Notes: generated by a model from the letters alone, not told the origin. DNA of 64,000 nt from Antechinus flavipes (GCF_016432865.1 NC_067402.1:9796001-9860000); one strand, 5' to 3'; positions 1 to 12,831 are shown, counted from the first letter of the stretch. Numbers and translations: made by a program.

Positions 1-2127
1 TCTGCATCCTGACCTAAGGTTGCATCTTTGAACTTTGACTGTTAGATGCAGATCGGCTCTGAAAATGGACTTATGAATGTAACTTCATAGCTTGTAAATC
101 ATCCGCCCAAGGAGAACTCCCTTTGTGTTTCCCCCGATCCCTTCCCTTCCCTGGGTCTGCATTTCCTCCTTCTCACTTAGAGCTGTCTCTGTCTTGTCCC
201 TGTCCCCGGGACTGAGGGGGCTGCCCCGGGATTCCCATAGGCTGACAGTCTTGGGAAAGCCAGAGCCCTCCCGGGACGGAGAACGGGGCGTGTTTGATCT
301 GTAATGTGCGTGAAGAGAGAGAGAAACTTCCCAGAATCGGGAGGTAAATTGTTTGGGTGGATGGACCGGGAGGGTCGTCATAAATCTCCCTGGCTTTGGT
401 GGCTGGGGCTGGGGAACTGGCTGCACTCTGTCAGGGGTCTGCCTGCTGTTAACGGGGTTGTTTGTGGGCGAGGACCCGTCGCCGTGCCAGCGGGGGTCGG
501 TGGCACCTCTCGGCCCCCGTGGCTGTTCCTGGTGAGAGGAGATGGAGGGTCCCCCGTGTGAGGGGCTCTGGTCAGTGCTGAGGGGACAGGACAAGGGCTA
601 CATGCCGCAGGGAGCTTTCATTGGCTTGGAGGCTGCTGAGGAGGGGAAATGCAGACAATGATGGAGATCAGAACTGGCCTCTGTCCTGGATCTCAAAGAA
701 AGCCGTGGAGTAGGAGAGGAGAAAGCGCGCAGCCCTTATTTGTCTACACCTGGAGCTGGTGAGGATGGAGTGTGGACCAAGTGCGTCCCTGGGAAATTCT
801 CTGCTTTCTTAAATGAGAATTCTAATGGGAGTTGTTGTGGACATACTCCATGGTGCGTGGCTTTGATATCCGCAGTATCTCACTGGATTATGGGCCTGGC
901 GGTTCCCCAGGCTTTTCTCACATAGTGTACACGATGCTCTGGACCTGTAGTCCCCCACCTCTCTGCACAAAGAAGGGGTCCTGGCCTAAGCCTGGCCGTT
1001 ACTGGCTGCCTGTGAGGCACATTTGCTCCCGTCCTTAGGGCCAGTGTTGTTGCTTTCCTGGTTCTGCTCGCTTCCCTCCAAACTGGCCTTTCAGAATACC
1101 CGGCCCGACCCCAGTGGGGAATGCCTGAGAAGCAATGGCGTCCCCGGAGCCCTGGGGACCTTGGCTATTTCTTTACCCATGCTCACCACGGTGCACTTTT
1201 TTCTGCCCTTCAGGAGATCCCTAAAACCCCAGCAGCCCCCCTCCAAAAAGTCAAGCGTAGAGACCCCGCCTCTGTCCGAGTTGGATGGAGCCCGCCGGGG
1301 GTGGCTCTGGCAGAGAGGAGCCTGGGAAACTTCCAGGCCCGCTTCTGCCCAGCGCTGGGCCCTCCCTTCGTTGCTTCCTGGTGGGATCGGTCTCTGGGAT
1401 GGGACACCAGAGTGGGGACAGAGGGCAAAGCCAGCCTCGGGGGGGCCCTTTCTGCAGGAACCTCCCAGCTTTCCTTTCAGCTCGGTTTTCAGCCCTGACG
1501 AACAGAGGGCCCACAGTGAAGGCTCAACACAAAACGTCCTGTTGATTTTTCCATGGGTTATTAATACCGTGTCAGTGGGGGACTACAGGTGGGCGGGTTC
1601 GGGCCCGCTGGTCTCCACCGGCTGGGAAGGGCGAGCTGACTGGGGGGGGCAGCACAGATCTCCACAGCCACTCTTAGCTTTCAGAACCGATGCCTCTGTG
1701 CCCCCCCATCCTTCCTAAGCAAAGAAACAGCTAAACAAAAGCTGCAGGAAGATGCGGCGATTCTGCTGGACCGTGTGGGCAACATTCTGCCCTGTGGGCT
1801 CCCCCGCCATGTCCTTGTGCAGCTGGGTCGCGTCTCGCAGGCGTCTCCTGGGGTCAGCCCCTTGGCAGGCAGAGGGGGCAGGGAGCACCCGCAAACCTGC
1901 TCGCTTCTGGAGGCTGCTTTACTCCAGGGACACCCCTGTGAGGCAGCCTGGATGGGAACCTGTGGGACGGAGTGCCAGGTGCTGGGGCAGGGAGAGTGGG
2001 GTAATGCAGACCCCGGCCATGCTCAGCTTAACGGACAGTCCTGGAGGGTTGCATGGTCTGAGCCCCCAATTCCTCAGCGTCCGGCTAATCTAGTAAGGAG
2101 CCAGTTCTGTGACATTCAAGGCTTTCT

Positions 2128-2350
2128 GACTCCAGAATGGAACCTTGAGTTCAAATCCACCCTCAAACACCTACTAACTAGGTGACCCTCAGCGAGTCAC
2201 TTACCCTCTGCCTCAGTTTCCTATATTGTAAAATGAAGTTACAAATAGCACCTACCTCCCAGCTGTGAGGATCAAATGAGTTAATATTTGTAAAAGCCCC
2301 TTTCAGAGTGTCTACTACATAGTAGGTGCTATATGAGTGATAGCCAGCTA
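2128..2350 (+). mobile_element. MIR-type CORE-SINE
   Basis: gagttcaaatcc...gtgaccctcagcgagtcacttaccctctgcctcagtttcctatattgtaaaatg core and gtgaggatcaaatgag tail. Confidence 0.8.
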
Positions 2351-4864
2351 TTTTCCAAATGGAAATAAAGAATTGTAATTATTAAAGCAAACCAACACAT
2401 TAGGCACTCGTGACCTTGCGGTACCATTCTGCTCCTCACTCCTGAAGGAAGAGGCCCCTTCTTAGGTCACGGTTGGCCATTTTCTTGTTCAGAGTTGTCA
2501 TGTCTTTCACTGCTGCCTTTTATATTATTTTAAACTTCATGGAAATTTTTCTCTTGGTTCCTGTCACTTAATTTTATTTCACTTCCCACTCTTCCCATTT
2601 CCCTGAATGTCACATCTAACTGGACTGAATAAGTACCTCAGGGCTTTGGGGTTTTATTTTTGTTTTTTGTTTTTATTCGTTTCCAAAGAACATCCTTAAA
2701 TAAAGAGGTTGGGTAGACTTGAAGTTCCCTCCATGGAGTTGTATTAGCTCGGGGAAATCCAGAACTCATCCATCTTTTGGAACTGTTCTTTAGGTTTATT
2801 ATGACATGTCTCTATCGTATCTATTTCCATCCATATAAGTTATAAAATTAATTTTATGAATTGAGCATTAAAAAAAATCCTCCCCATCCATTTTCCATGT
2901 CACTTCACTTCCCCTAAGGAGGAGAGGGAAATAGATCTTTCAGAATCCAGTTCCAAGAGAAATTGATGGATTGTCCAGTAGGGGCTGCTCTCAGAGCAGA
3001 CTGGCCAGGTCCCCTTCTGCAAAGACCTATTTCTGTGCCGGGGCTGAGATTGCAAGTCTCTCTCTTTGGGAAATGACTATTTGTGTATTCCTGGGCCTTG
3101 CGGTGCCAAAGACAGGAAAGATGTAAAACTAATCGGATCCTTCACTCTGGTCATTTGGGATCCAAGGTCACCCACCTCCTTACGACTTCTGAGAAAATAC
3201 ACCAAAAAAAGTCGCCGGGTATTAGGGAAGGGGACACATGGCTGTTTTTTTCCCAGAGAGAATCAAAGTGTTGTTAGATTGTTTTTTAAACACAGGTTTG
3301 GAGAATGAAATTGAGGGTAGCAAACGGGTAGCCAATGAAAGCAAAACAGCTCAGAATGGCAGTTACCGACAGTTCACTTAGGATCCAAGCAAAACATCTT
3401 GGGTTGCTGGAACTGTGTAAGAAATTACAGTTTTCACTGTTGTATTCTGCAAGCAAAAACAGCGGCAAGTCAAGCTTGTGAGATGGAGGCCCGATGATGA
3501 CATTCTTAATTCACCCACAACCCTCAGGAACGAGGAGCCCTGCCCTCCAATAAGAAGCAATGGAAGCGGGATGTCTGGGGAGAGGAAAGTCCCCAAATGG
3601 GGACCAAAAATAGCTACCGAGAGGTTGGGGCGGATGGGGGACGGGGGCTGGCAAAGGGTTAATCGTCAGGTAACAATAGATAAAAGGGTGGGTTTCCACT
3701 CCCCCTCCTCACAAAATGGCCTGCACCTCAGTAGTCCCGTCTGGAGCCCACTTGTTATCTTCTCTTCCTTAGATTCATTTTCCCTCTTTAACATAATGAG
3801 ATAAAAGGCAGAGGGAGAGAGGTGTCCCTGGAGGAGTCAGAGGGCAAGAAGTGATCAAGAACCGGCTTATCTCCGACTTTCATTAGCTACTTGATAAATG
3901 ACGTGGGGAGACCCCAATTACCTTAATGACCGAAGAGCCCCGAGAGGAAAGGCTAGGGGAGAGGGCGAGGGTGGCCACCTGGAACTTGGCCTCCTGAATC
4001 GGGGGGAAGATTCCCAAGTTACCCTTTTGGAGGGCCGGTATCTCCTCCGCGGAGCAGCTGAAGAGACAGGAGAGAGGTGATTTATTTCTCGGCTGGGTCC
4101 TGGAGTGTATCTGCCCTCACTGACTCCCTTGATCTTGACATCAGTCACTTGGAGGGAAGATAATGAAAAGTGCATTAGAGAGAGCCTCCAGTTTATGCCA
4201 TGGAATTTTATCTTCAAAGGCTCCCTATCTTCGGCAGAGTTTCTTCACTATTTGAAAGTATTAATAAAACTAAGTGCATTGGACTCTCCCCAGTTTCTGG
4301 CTTCTTTTCCCCCTTCTTCCGCCCTTTGTTTTGTAGCGCCACGGGGCGAGCCGTTTCCCTTATCGTCCTTCGCCACCTTCATCATCCTTCGCCACTTTCA
4401 TCATCCCTCGCTTCCTCTCGGGCCGAAGGAGCCGAATTGTAACGAGGCGTCGGGTCGCACGAGGCCGCGAGGGAGGTGATGAGTTCAGAGTCTGCGTTCT
4501 TGGACCCTGACCAGTGCTCCACGGCCCCTTCTGGTTCCCACTTTTATCTCACGATACAGTGAGCGGGCAGCTTATGACATAGCGAATGGACCTCTCCAGG
4601 AGAAGCCTGGAAGGGGATGTCTATCGGTTTCAAGGCAGGTGCTTCTTGGGGGAAGAGGGCCAAACAGCTGCCTTCTCCCTTCACCTCTGGATCATCCCCT
4701 CTGGCATGGCAATAATGCTTCCCTGGTGCGAAGCCAGAAGCTGTGAGCATCACCCAGCTGAAGAGCTGTCACCTGTGTCCAGAAGTATCCCTACACGGGA
4801 CAGGACTGTGGCTTAAGAAGGAATAGTAGAGAAACAAACACAAGGGCAACTTATACGATATTTT

Positions 4865-5395
4865 CTGTGTCTCTTTGATTGTCTCTCTGTCTCTGTGTCT
4901 TTGTCTCTCCCTGTCTCTGTCTCTCTTTCTCTGTCTCTTCTATTTATTCTCTTTCTCCATTTGTCTCCTTTCTCTCTGTTTCTGTCTCTCCTCTCTCCCT
5001 TTGTCTTCATCCTCTCCCCTCTCTCTCTGCCTTTGTCAGTCTCTGTCTCTGACTCACTATCTTGTCTTTGTTTCTGTCTCTCTGTCTGTCTCTCCCTCTC
5101 CTCCCTCTCCTCTCTCTCCCTTTGTCTCCATTCTTTCCTTTCTGTCTGTGTCTGTGTCTGTTTCTTTCTCTGACTCTCTGTCTCTCTTATCTCTTGTCTC
5201 TCTCCCTTTGTTTCCATCCTCTCCCACCTGTTTCTATTTCTCTCTNNNNNNNNNNNNNNNNNNNNNNNNNNNNNNNNNNNNNNNNNNNNNNNNNNNNNNN
5301 NNNNNNNNNNNNNNNNNNNNNNNNNNNNNNNNNNNNNNNNNNNNNNNNNNNNNNNNNNNNNNNNNNNNNNNNNNTCCCTCTCTCCCTCCTTCCTC
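4865..5395. repeat. (CT)/(CTGT)-rich low-complexity tract with assembly gap 5246-5374
   Basis: Direct inspection. Confidence 0.9.
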
Positions 5396-6114
5396 ACCCC
5401 CATTTTTTGAGAATTGGTTTAGGCCAAGAGATAGAGGGCTCATGGTGACTGTGTCCCAGCCGTGTGCTCTGCAATGTTCTGAGCTCAGAATGGTTGCATG
5501 GCTCATGACTCCATCAGGAGCTTAGCCCGATCTGAACTAGATTAGTCCAAAAATATAATGCGAAGATTTTGATTGCTGACTTCTATCGAGAAAAAGAGCA
5601 CAGAGCTTCAGGATAGACTGTTCTCCTGCTGCTTTTTTCCCCCGGCAATGACCCCCAAAACCTGGAGATCCCTCTCAAAAGTTTGTTGCTTCATTTCTTT
5701 ATTGGACTTTTTGGGGACAGAAACCCCCCACTGCAAATGCTCAGCTTTTTCAATACGATGAAAAACGATCGAGGACTTGCTTTGTCCAGGGCTCTGCGGC
5801 AGTTGAGGTACAAAATCATCACGCAAGGTGGCCCTGACCAGAAAGGCACGGACGGGTCCAACTTTGGGCACACAGTCCGGGAGAGGAGGGAGATGCCCTA
5901 GTGGTGGGGAGGCTCAGGTGTGCATGTGTGAGCAGGGATGGGTGTGAGAGAGCATGTACAGACAGGTCCGGAGCCAGCCTCTGGCAACAGCATTTTGAGG
6001 TCTCAAAGCACTTTGCAAATATTTCATTCAGTCCTTACAACACTCCTGGAAGGGAGTGTGGTACTATTCATTGTTTGTTTTTTAATGATGGGAATAACTA
6101 TTCAGACAAACATC

Positions 6115-6740
6115 ATTTTATACACACACACACACACACACATTGTGTATATACACACTCTTCCCTAAGCGATAATCTCCTTTCTCTCATTCTGTTTGTG
6201 TCTAGTACAAATAATATATACTTATATAACATATCCAACATATTGATGCATAGTGTAAACATATACTAAGATATATGACAAAACACATTAATTACATATT
6301 ATATATATGTATATCCACTATATCCATATGTTCTAAAGGCTTCAATGTAGTATATATAGTATATATGTGTATATATTTGCATAAACACCATATGCTTTTA
6401 GAGTATAAATATGTAAAATATAACAGATGTAATTATATAATGTGTATGTATGAGAGGATGCTATATTTAAAAGTTGATGTGTGTGGATATGTGCATATAT
6501 GTACTTTTGCACACAAATTACCCAATATTTGCACATGTTTCATATATCTTTATCCATTCATCCATCCATCCATCATCTATATGTCAATCAATCTATCATT
6601 TCTCCATTCATCCAAACATCTGTATTTATCTATTCATCCATCCATCCATGTCTGTCTGTGTATCCATCCATCCATCCACCCATCTACTTCTGTCTGTGTA
6701 TCCATCCATCCATATAGCCATCTATCTATCCTATACTTTC
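6115..6740. repeat. (CA)n, AT-rich and (CCAT)n microsatellite cluster
   Basis: Direct inspection. Confidence 0.9.
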
Positions 6741-7130
6741 AAAGTCAGCAGATTCAATAGCCTCAGCCCCTCAGCCTCCCTGGTCCCAAGTAGGATGAGT
6801 GCCTCTAGTCTTGGGCACCATAATCACTTCCCCTGGTCCAGCTGTTACTGCCTCTGTTCTCTTTTTCCCCATCTTTGAGACTCCCAGATCTAAACCTCTC
6901 TTCCTGGCCACGAAGCCCCTTTAAGAGTGATCCCTCCCTACTATAATCAAAGTTCCATGAGGACTAGAACCATTTTCATTTTCATCTTTGTACTTTTTAT
7001 TGAGCACAGAGCTTGGTGCATTGTAAGCATTCAATGAATGCTTTTTGATTCATTTGTTTTGGGGACAGAAACCCCCCACTGCGAAGGCTCGGCTTTTTCA
7101 ATATGATGAGAAACGATCGAGGACTAGCTC

Positions 7131-7385
7131 GTGGCTTAAGAAGGAATAGTAGAGGAACAAACTCTGGATTTGGGGTCAAGAGATTTGGGTTCAAATACCA
7201 GCTCATTTCCCAGCTTTTGATCCTGGTCAACTTAGGTAATCTCTCTCAAATTCAGTTTCTGCATGTATGGAATGGGGACAATCATACCTATGTTATCTAG
7301 CTCATATCATTGTAGGGTTCAAGTAAAAGAATAGTGGCGGATGCTTTGTAGCCTTTAAAGTGCTATAAAAGCATCAGACATCAGA
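7131..7385 (+). mobile_element. MIR-type SINE, preceded by an L2 3' end (~6950-7055)
   Basis: gatttgggttcaaat...cagtttctgcatgtatggaatgggg...aaagtgctataaa. Confidence 0.65.
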
Positions 7386-9744
7386 AGTGAGGGCAGATTA
7401 GTAGACATCACCCAGGTTTCCTACACGTCAGAGATGGGTCTTATACAGACCAAGAGGGTATCAGTTTCCTTATATCCCTTATCTTTTATTTTTAATGGTA
7501 TATTTTCAGAAGAAATGTGGCTTGCTTGGCTTTGGAGGGCCCTTCCATAACTGGAATTCTGGGACTTGAGAATCTTCCTTTGTTTTTCTAAATACTCAAA
7601 AGTTGGGAATGGGTCAAGTACCTCTCTATCCTAGAGTCGGTGCTCCTCCTTCCCAGATGAGTAGCTAGGAGATGCTGCCTGTGAGACATGATCTTTTGCC
7701 CAATAAAATGTTTTTTTTTTCCTGATGCTACCATGTTTTGATAATAATAGATAGCATGTGTACATTTTATGGTTCCTGAAGCCCTTTACATCCATTATAT
7801 CATTTGATCATGTCAACATCTCTAGGCAGGAAATAGAGCCATTATTCCCATTTTATTGATAAAGAAACTGAGACAGGGAGAAGATAAATGACTTTCCTCA
7901 GTCAGTGCTGGAGGTGGAACTCCTCCTGGCTTCTCTGGCTCCCAAGGCTCATTGTTCCCTTTATAATACCTTACTTACTGTGCCAACACCCCCTAAAGAG
8001 CTGGGGGCTTCCCTTGGCATCCAGAAAGGGGAATACATCCCGGCAGAGGGAACTAGCAGAGAGAAGAGAGACAACTGAGGACCTGATGCTCTCTGTAATT
8101 CCCTGCTTAAAGACTGATAGTCACCTTTACAATGCAATGATTTTCCTTGATTTCATCCCTGCTGGCCCATGACCCACATGTCAACCCATGATGTGGAGGC
8201 CGAGCCCTAAACATGGTTTCTCAGGACCTGAGTACAAATCCTGTAGCTGCCGCTTAGATCCCGTGTGCCTTAACTTCCTTGAGCATCAGTTATTAGCAGC
8301 GTGCTAATTTCCAAAAGGAGATCTTCTCATCTTTAAGCCTTGGAATAGCGAGACTTCCATAGCCAGGTTTGGGGAGAGGAATTCTGGACCCCGACATGCC
8401 GGTATCTTCTAGAGACCTCCCAGAATAACTCCTGGGTGCGCAGGCGTCTCTGGTCAGTCAGGGCTGAGCCACAAGAGGAGATGCATGAATTCTGTGCGAG
8501 AAAATGGAAGATGACAGGGGAAAAAATAAAAAGCAACTTTCCTGAAGCCCGAAAATAGATTTTGCCCTACATCAAAAGTCTTCCTTTGTCAGAATCAGCA
8601 CACGTTCAACATGCTGATAACACAGAGCCTGTTTTCCTTTCTTTTGAGGAACTAAATAAACTTTTTTTTTTCTCCAAGTTGAAAGGGCCTTTTAAAAATT
8701 CCTCATTCTTAATGCTTTAAAATGCCCGGGTCCTGAAAATTAAATTATACCATTTTTTATCTGTTCGAGATCAGTCCTGTTTCCTCCTTTGCTCTGTGTT
8801 TGCTTTCCTGCAGTAGCTGACATCAAAATGTTTTCTGGAATGCTTGGGACTAAATAAGTTATGCTTAACTCAATATCTAATACAAATAGCCCCGGGGAGC
8901 TTCGGGGACCCAATCATAAAAGCTGCAGTTTCTTTTAATAGCTTGCCACACTTTGCTGATATAGTATTTCTCTAATCACCAATCTTTACGTGCCTTCCTG
9001 ACCTCGCAGCTCCCGGCCCCAGTGACTGGGCGGTATCAAAGGCCTGTGTCATTGGCAGACTGAATGGCTTTCATTTTCCCCCCCTGAAACTTCCAGTTCC
9101 TGGCATCTGCAAAGAATTACCCAGAGCGGGGTCTCTCTGCCTCGCGGCCAGTGGCCTGTCCAATGGAAGTGACTTTTCCCAGCAAGGTCACCGTGGTCAG
9201 CCATCGGTGGGTGCCGCATTCCGTGGGCCGGCAGCTCCTGTTACTCTAGCCAGTTGATGGGGCCTATTAATGATCTAAGCACCAGGATGCTGGGAATAAG
9301 ACCCCGTGAAGAATGGCCGCCTTGTAAATGGTTTAGGAAGTCCGGCCAGTCTGTGATGTTGAGATGGGAAAGCGGAGAGCCTGTTTCTTTAGCGAGAGAC
9401 TATCACGCTATTTTTCAGAATGATCAGCTTCATTTCCTAAAGTATCCCTCAGCCTTCCCACCCAAAACTGGTATTCTTTTAACAAAAAGCAAAAAGAAAG
9501 ATGGGGAAAGGACCATTCAGCAGAGCCAACTTCTCTATGGGTCCCACCTCCTAGTGACTCCTAGCCGCTAATTCCCCGGCTTTGCGTGGCCATTGCTCTT
9601 CTTGGGAGCGAAGCTTGCTGATCACCATCACGGCCTTCTGGGATTTTTTTCCCTCTTTCCATTTCTTCTGCTGGAGTCATTGTACTTGTTCCTTTGCTGA
9701 TTCTACTTGCGGCCCTCTGCATCGGTTCATGTAATTTTCCCCAT

Positions 9745-9985
9745 TTCTTGTTCAGTCAGTTTTTCAGTCACATCGGACTCTTCGTGACCCTGATTGGGGT
9801 TTTCTTGGCAAAGATACCAGAGTGGCTTGCTATTTTCTGCTTTGACTCGTTTTACAGATGAGGAAAATGGCAGACAGGTTTAGGGGACTTATCCGGGTCA
9901 CATAGCTCATAAATGTCTGAAGCTACGTTTGAACTCGGGGCTTCCTAATTCTAGGCACTCTATCCACTGTGCCACCTCGCTGCCG
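9745..9985 (-). mobile_element. Marsupial Mar1/MIR3-like CORE-SINE
   Basis: ggggttttcttggcaaagataccagagtgg...ttttacagatgaggaaa...gtttgaactc...tatccactgtgccacct. Confidence 0.8.
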
Positions 9986-10104
9986 TTTTCCCCAGGCCTT
10001 GCTAAAATCTATATATCCATTGTTTCTTATGTCCCAGTAATATTCCATGACATCTAGACTCCATAACTTGTTTGGCCATTCCCCAACTGATGGTTATATA
10101 CCTC

Positions 10105-10262
10105 ATTTCCAATTTCTTTTTTCTCCTCCTTCTTCTTTTCTTCCTCCTACTTCTCCTTTCTTTCCTTCCTTCTTTCCCTTCCTCCCTTCCTTTCTTCCTC
10201 CTCCTCTTTCTTTTCTTCTTCCTCCTCCTTTTCTTCCTCTTCCTCCTCCACCTCCTCATTTT
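10105..10262. repeat. (TCC/TTC)n polypyrimidine tract
   Basis: Direct inspection. Confidence 0.9.
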
Positions 10263-11278
10263 TTGATATCACCAATAGGGTTGCTGGAAGTATTTCCATC
10301 TGAAATATTTCCTCACCTATGTAATACAGTCATGGTGCCACTTCTGCTGGCCATACTTTGAAGGACCGGAATCGACCTTCCTCCTTGCCATACCCTTGGC
10401 CTAATTTTCTGGATCTAGGCCATCAAAGAGCCTTGCTGATTTTGGCCCTGCAGAATCTCTATTTCAATCGCCTCTCTCCTTCCCGTTCCCATTCTTCTCG
10501 CCTAAATCCAAGCATTTACTGTCTGGTGGTTGGAGTATGTCAGAGAACTCCTACTCCCTGTCCATCTGCCTGTCTGGGGCTCCTTTCTGCCTCTTTTCTG
10601 CCCTAAATATTGGTGCCTGATTAGGATTCTCTCTGGGGCGATGTTTTGTAGCAGGAAAAAAACAAACAACCCCCCTCTTCATAATTTTGGTTGCTTACAG
10701 ATAAATTCAGATTTCACAAGCTGGCCTTCCAAACTCACATTTCAGGAGCCAGGATACATTTTCCATAGACTTAATTGTCCCTTCGTCTGAAGGGAAGTGC
10801 ACGCGACCAGTTTCCTGTGCTTTGTGGCAAAGCTTTCCTTGAGACTGTAGTGAGCAAGGAACAAGGGTCTGAAAAATCAGGTAGAGACATATGATGATAG
10901 GATCAGAGATCCAGCCAGGAAAGGGGTCAAGGGGGGAATCAGAGGTCACCTCTTCATTTGACAAATGTGGAAACCGAGGCCCTTGACTTGCCTGAGGTCT
11001 TATCGACAGTGAGGGGCAAAGCTGGGATCCAAGCCAAAAGGGATTGAGTCTAAATCCGGCTCCCCACGAGGAGGCGGCGAATGGCAAATCTCAAAGCAAT
11101 CCTGTCTATCCAGGAAATGCCTTGTTACCTTGTCACACACAAGCCTTGAGCAGGCAGGCCCCCAGCTTCCTACTTCAGCCTCAGAAACTTAAGTCCAAAT
11201 CATGTAGAAATTTCTGTGTATCTCTATATCATATTATTTAAGATGAATATATCTCACAACATAAATGTGGGTATTATT

Positions 11279-12831
11279 ACCCATAAAAGACCAGGAATGT
11301 TAAGTTTACTGAGGAATACTCTGGCACATACCTTCTCATGCTAAAGAAAGAAGTCTCACAATTTCTTCACAGTCCCCAGAACCAGGGCAAAGAAAGCACC
11401 AAATCTGGCCTTTTTACAACTATTCCACGTCATATCCTCTTCCATTAAATATGTTAGAGATTGTCAATGATGTTTAATTTTATTTTTCAATGTTGTGTAC
11501 TATATTGCTATATAGCATGTATCACCTATTAACATATATCAATATACTATATGAAGATAATTAAATTTATTATATAAATGATATATATTATATCATATAA
11601 AATATAGCTGCATATTATATATTTAAGTTGTCTTCATATTATATAGACATAGAATATCATATTATAGACTATATGGCCTGTTAGTCTGTCTGTCTGTCTC
11701 TCCTTGTGTTTTAATTGATGTTGGATATTTTCTGCATCTCTAATGGCCTCCAATCATTCCAGTAGCATGGACTGGTTTCTGAGATGTCAGCTGGGGCTGC
11801 GATCTATGGAAGCCTGGCTTTTGTTTCTAGAAGTTTCCTCTGAATTACTTTTTTCTTTTCTTTTCTTAGTCTCTATCTATTTCAATGGTGGAGGATTAGA
11901 ACTCAGAATTTCCCAAAATGCATTGTTCCTAAGATGGACTTGTGTGGCAAGTTGATTATTTCAAATATAGATATCTTTGCAAATGCAGAGATTACATATT
12001 TTCAGAGAAAAGCTGTTTTTGAGCATGTAGGATCCAAAGAGGTCATACAATTTATCTAGTTCAGTGTTATAATTGTATAAGGAAATAGGGCCTAAGGAGT
12101 CTTAATGAGTTACCGGACAATAAGGGAAAAATTACCAGATTGAAAATGGCAGAGCCAAGATTTAGATTCATTCCTTGTCATCTTTGCAATGTACCATACT
12201 TTTTTGGAGGTGCTCCCTTTTCATACATTGATATTAATTACTTATTACTATTTTCATTTTCATTTACTATTGATTATAATAATTTTCAGTTTCTATTATC
12301 ATATATTTGGTTTGAGTTTCATAAAGGTCACCACACTATTTGGGTATAATTATATTTCATAAAAACACAAGCATCCATCATTAGATGTAATTATTGCTCA
12401 TTTATTAAAAAAATTGCAGAGTTGCTAAATTTGACAACTAGGTAAAGGCAAAATAATCCAACAAACTTGATCTTGAATTTGGAACTAACCCAATTTTTTT
12501 GAAAAGATAAAGTCCAAGCATCCCGTATCCCAACACGAAGACGTCGTGCCTTGTGAAATCTTAAAGAAAGAAAGCAGTCACAGTGTAGTGCACAACTGGA
12601 ATTTTCTCTCCAGGACAATTGAAAAATAAAATTAAACATCATTGACAATCGTCAACATATTTAATGGAAGAGGATACGATGTGGAATAGTTGTAAAAAGG
12701 CCAGATTTGATTCTTACTCTGCCCTGGTTCTGGGGACCCTGACGAAATTGTGAGACCTCTTTCTTTAACATGAGACAGGTATGTGCCAGAGTATTCCTCA
12801 GTAAACTTAACATTGCTGATCTTTTATGGGT
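11279..12831. repeat. Inverted repeat: arms 11279-11491 and 12618-12831, spacer ~1.13 kb
   Basis: Example: acccataaaagaccaggaatgttaagtttactgaggaatactctggcacatacct is the reverse complement of aggtatgtgccagagtattcctcagtaaacttaacattgctgatcttttatgggt (2 mismatches in 55). Alignment continues over ~213 bp. Confidence 0.95.

Noticed and set aside
1023-1718. 231-aa ORF, the longest non-repeat ORF
   Set aside because: It has a non-ATG start and no recognisable domain, and it lies in GC-rich DNA where long frames arise by chance. Kept only as part of the low-confidence block finding.
1721-1750. KETAKQKLQE resembling the HDAC9 MEF2-binding STEVKQKLQEF
   Set aside because: Only six residues match, the flanks do not align, and the position in the gene is wrong.
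4813-5525. Long ORFs rich in ER/SL repeats, and similar ORFs at 6275-6878, 10002-10361, 20375-21377 and across N gaps
   Set aside because: They are artefacts of microsatellites and N runs lacking stop codons.
5563-5616. KILIADFYREKEH resembling the HDAC9 Q-rich domain LLIAEFQKQHE
   Set aside because: Short match, an in-frame stop follows immediately, and there are no splice signals.
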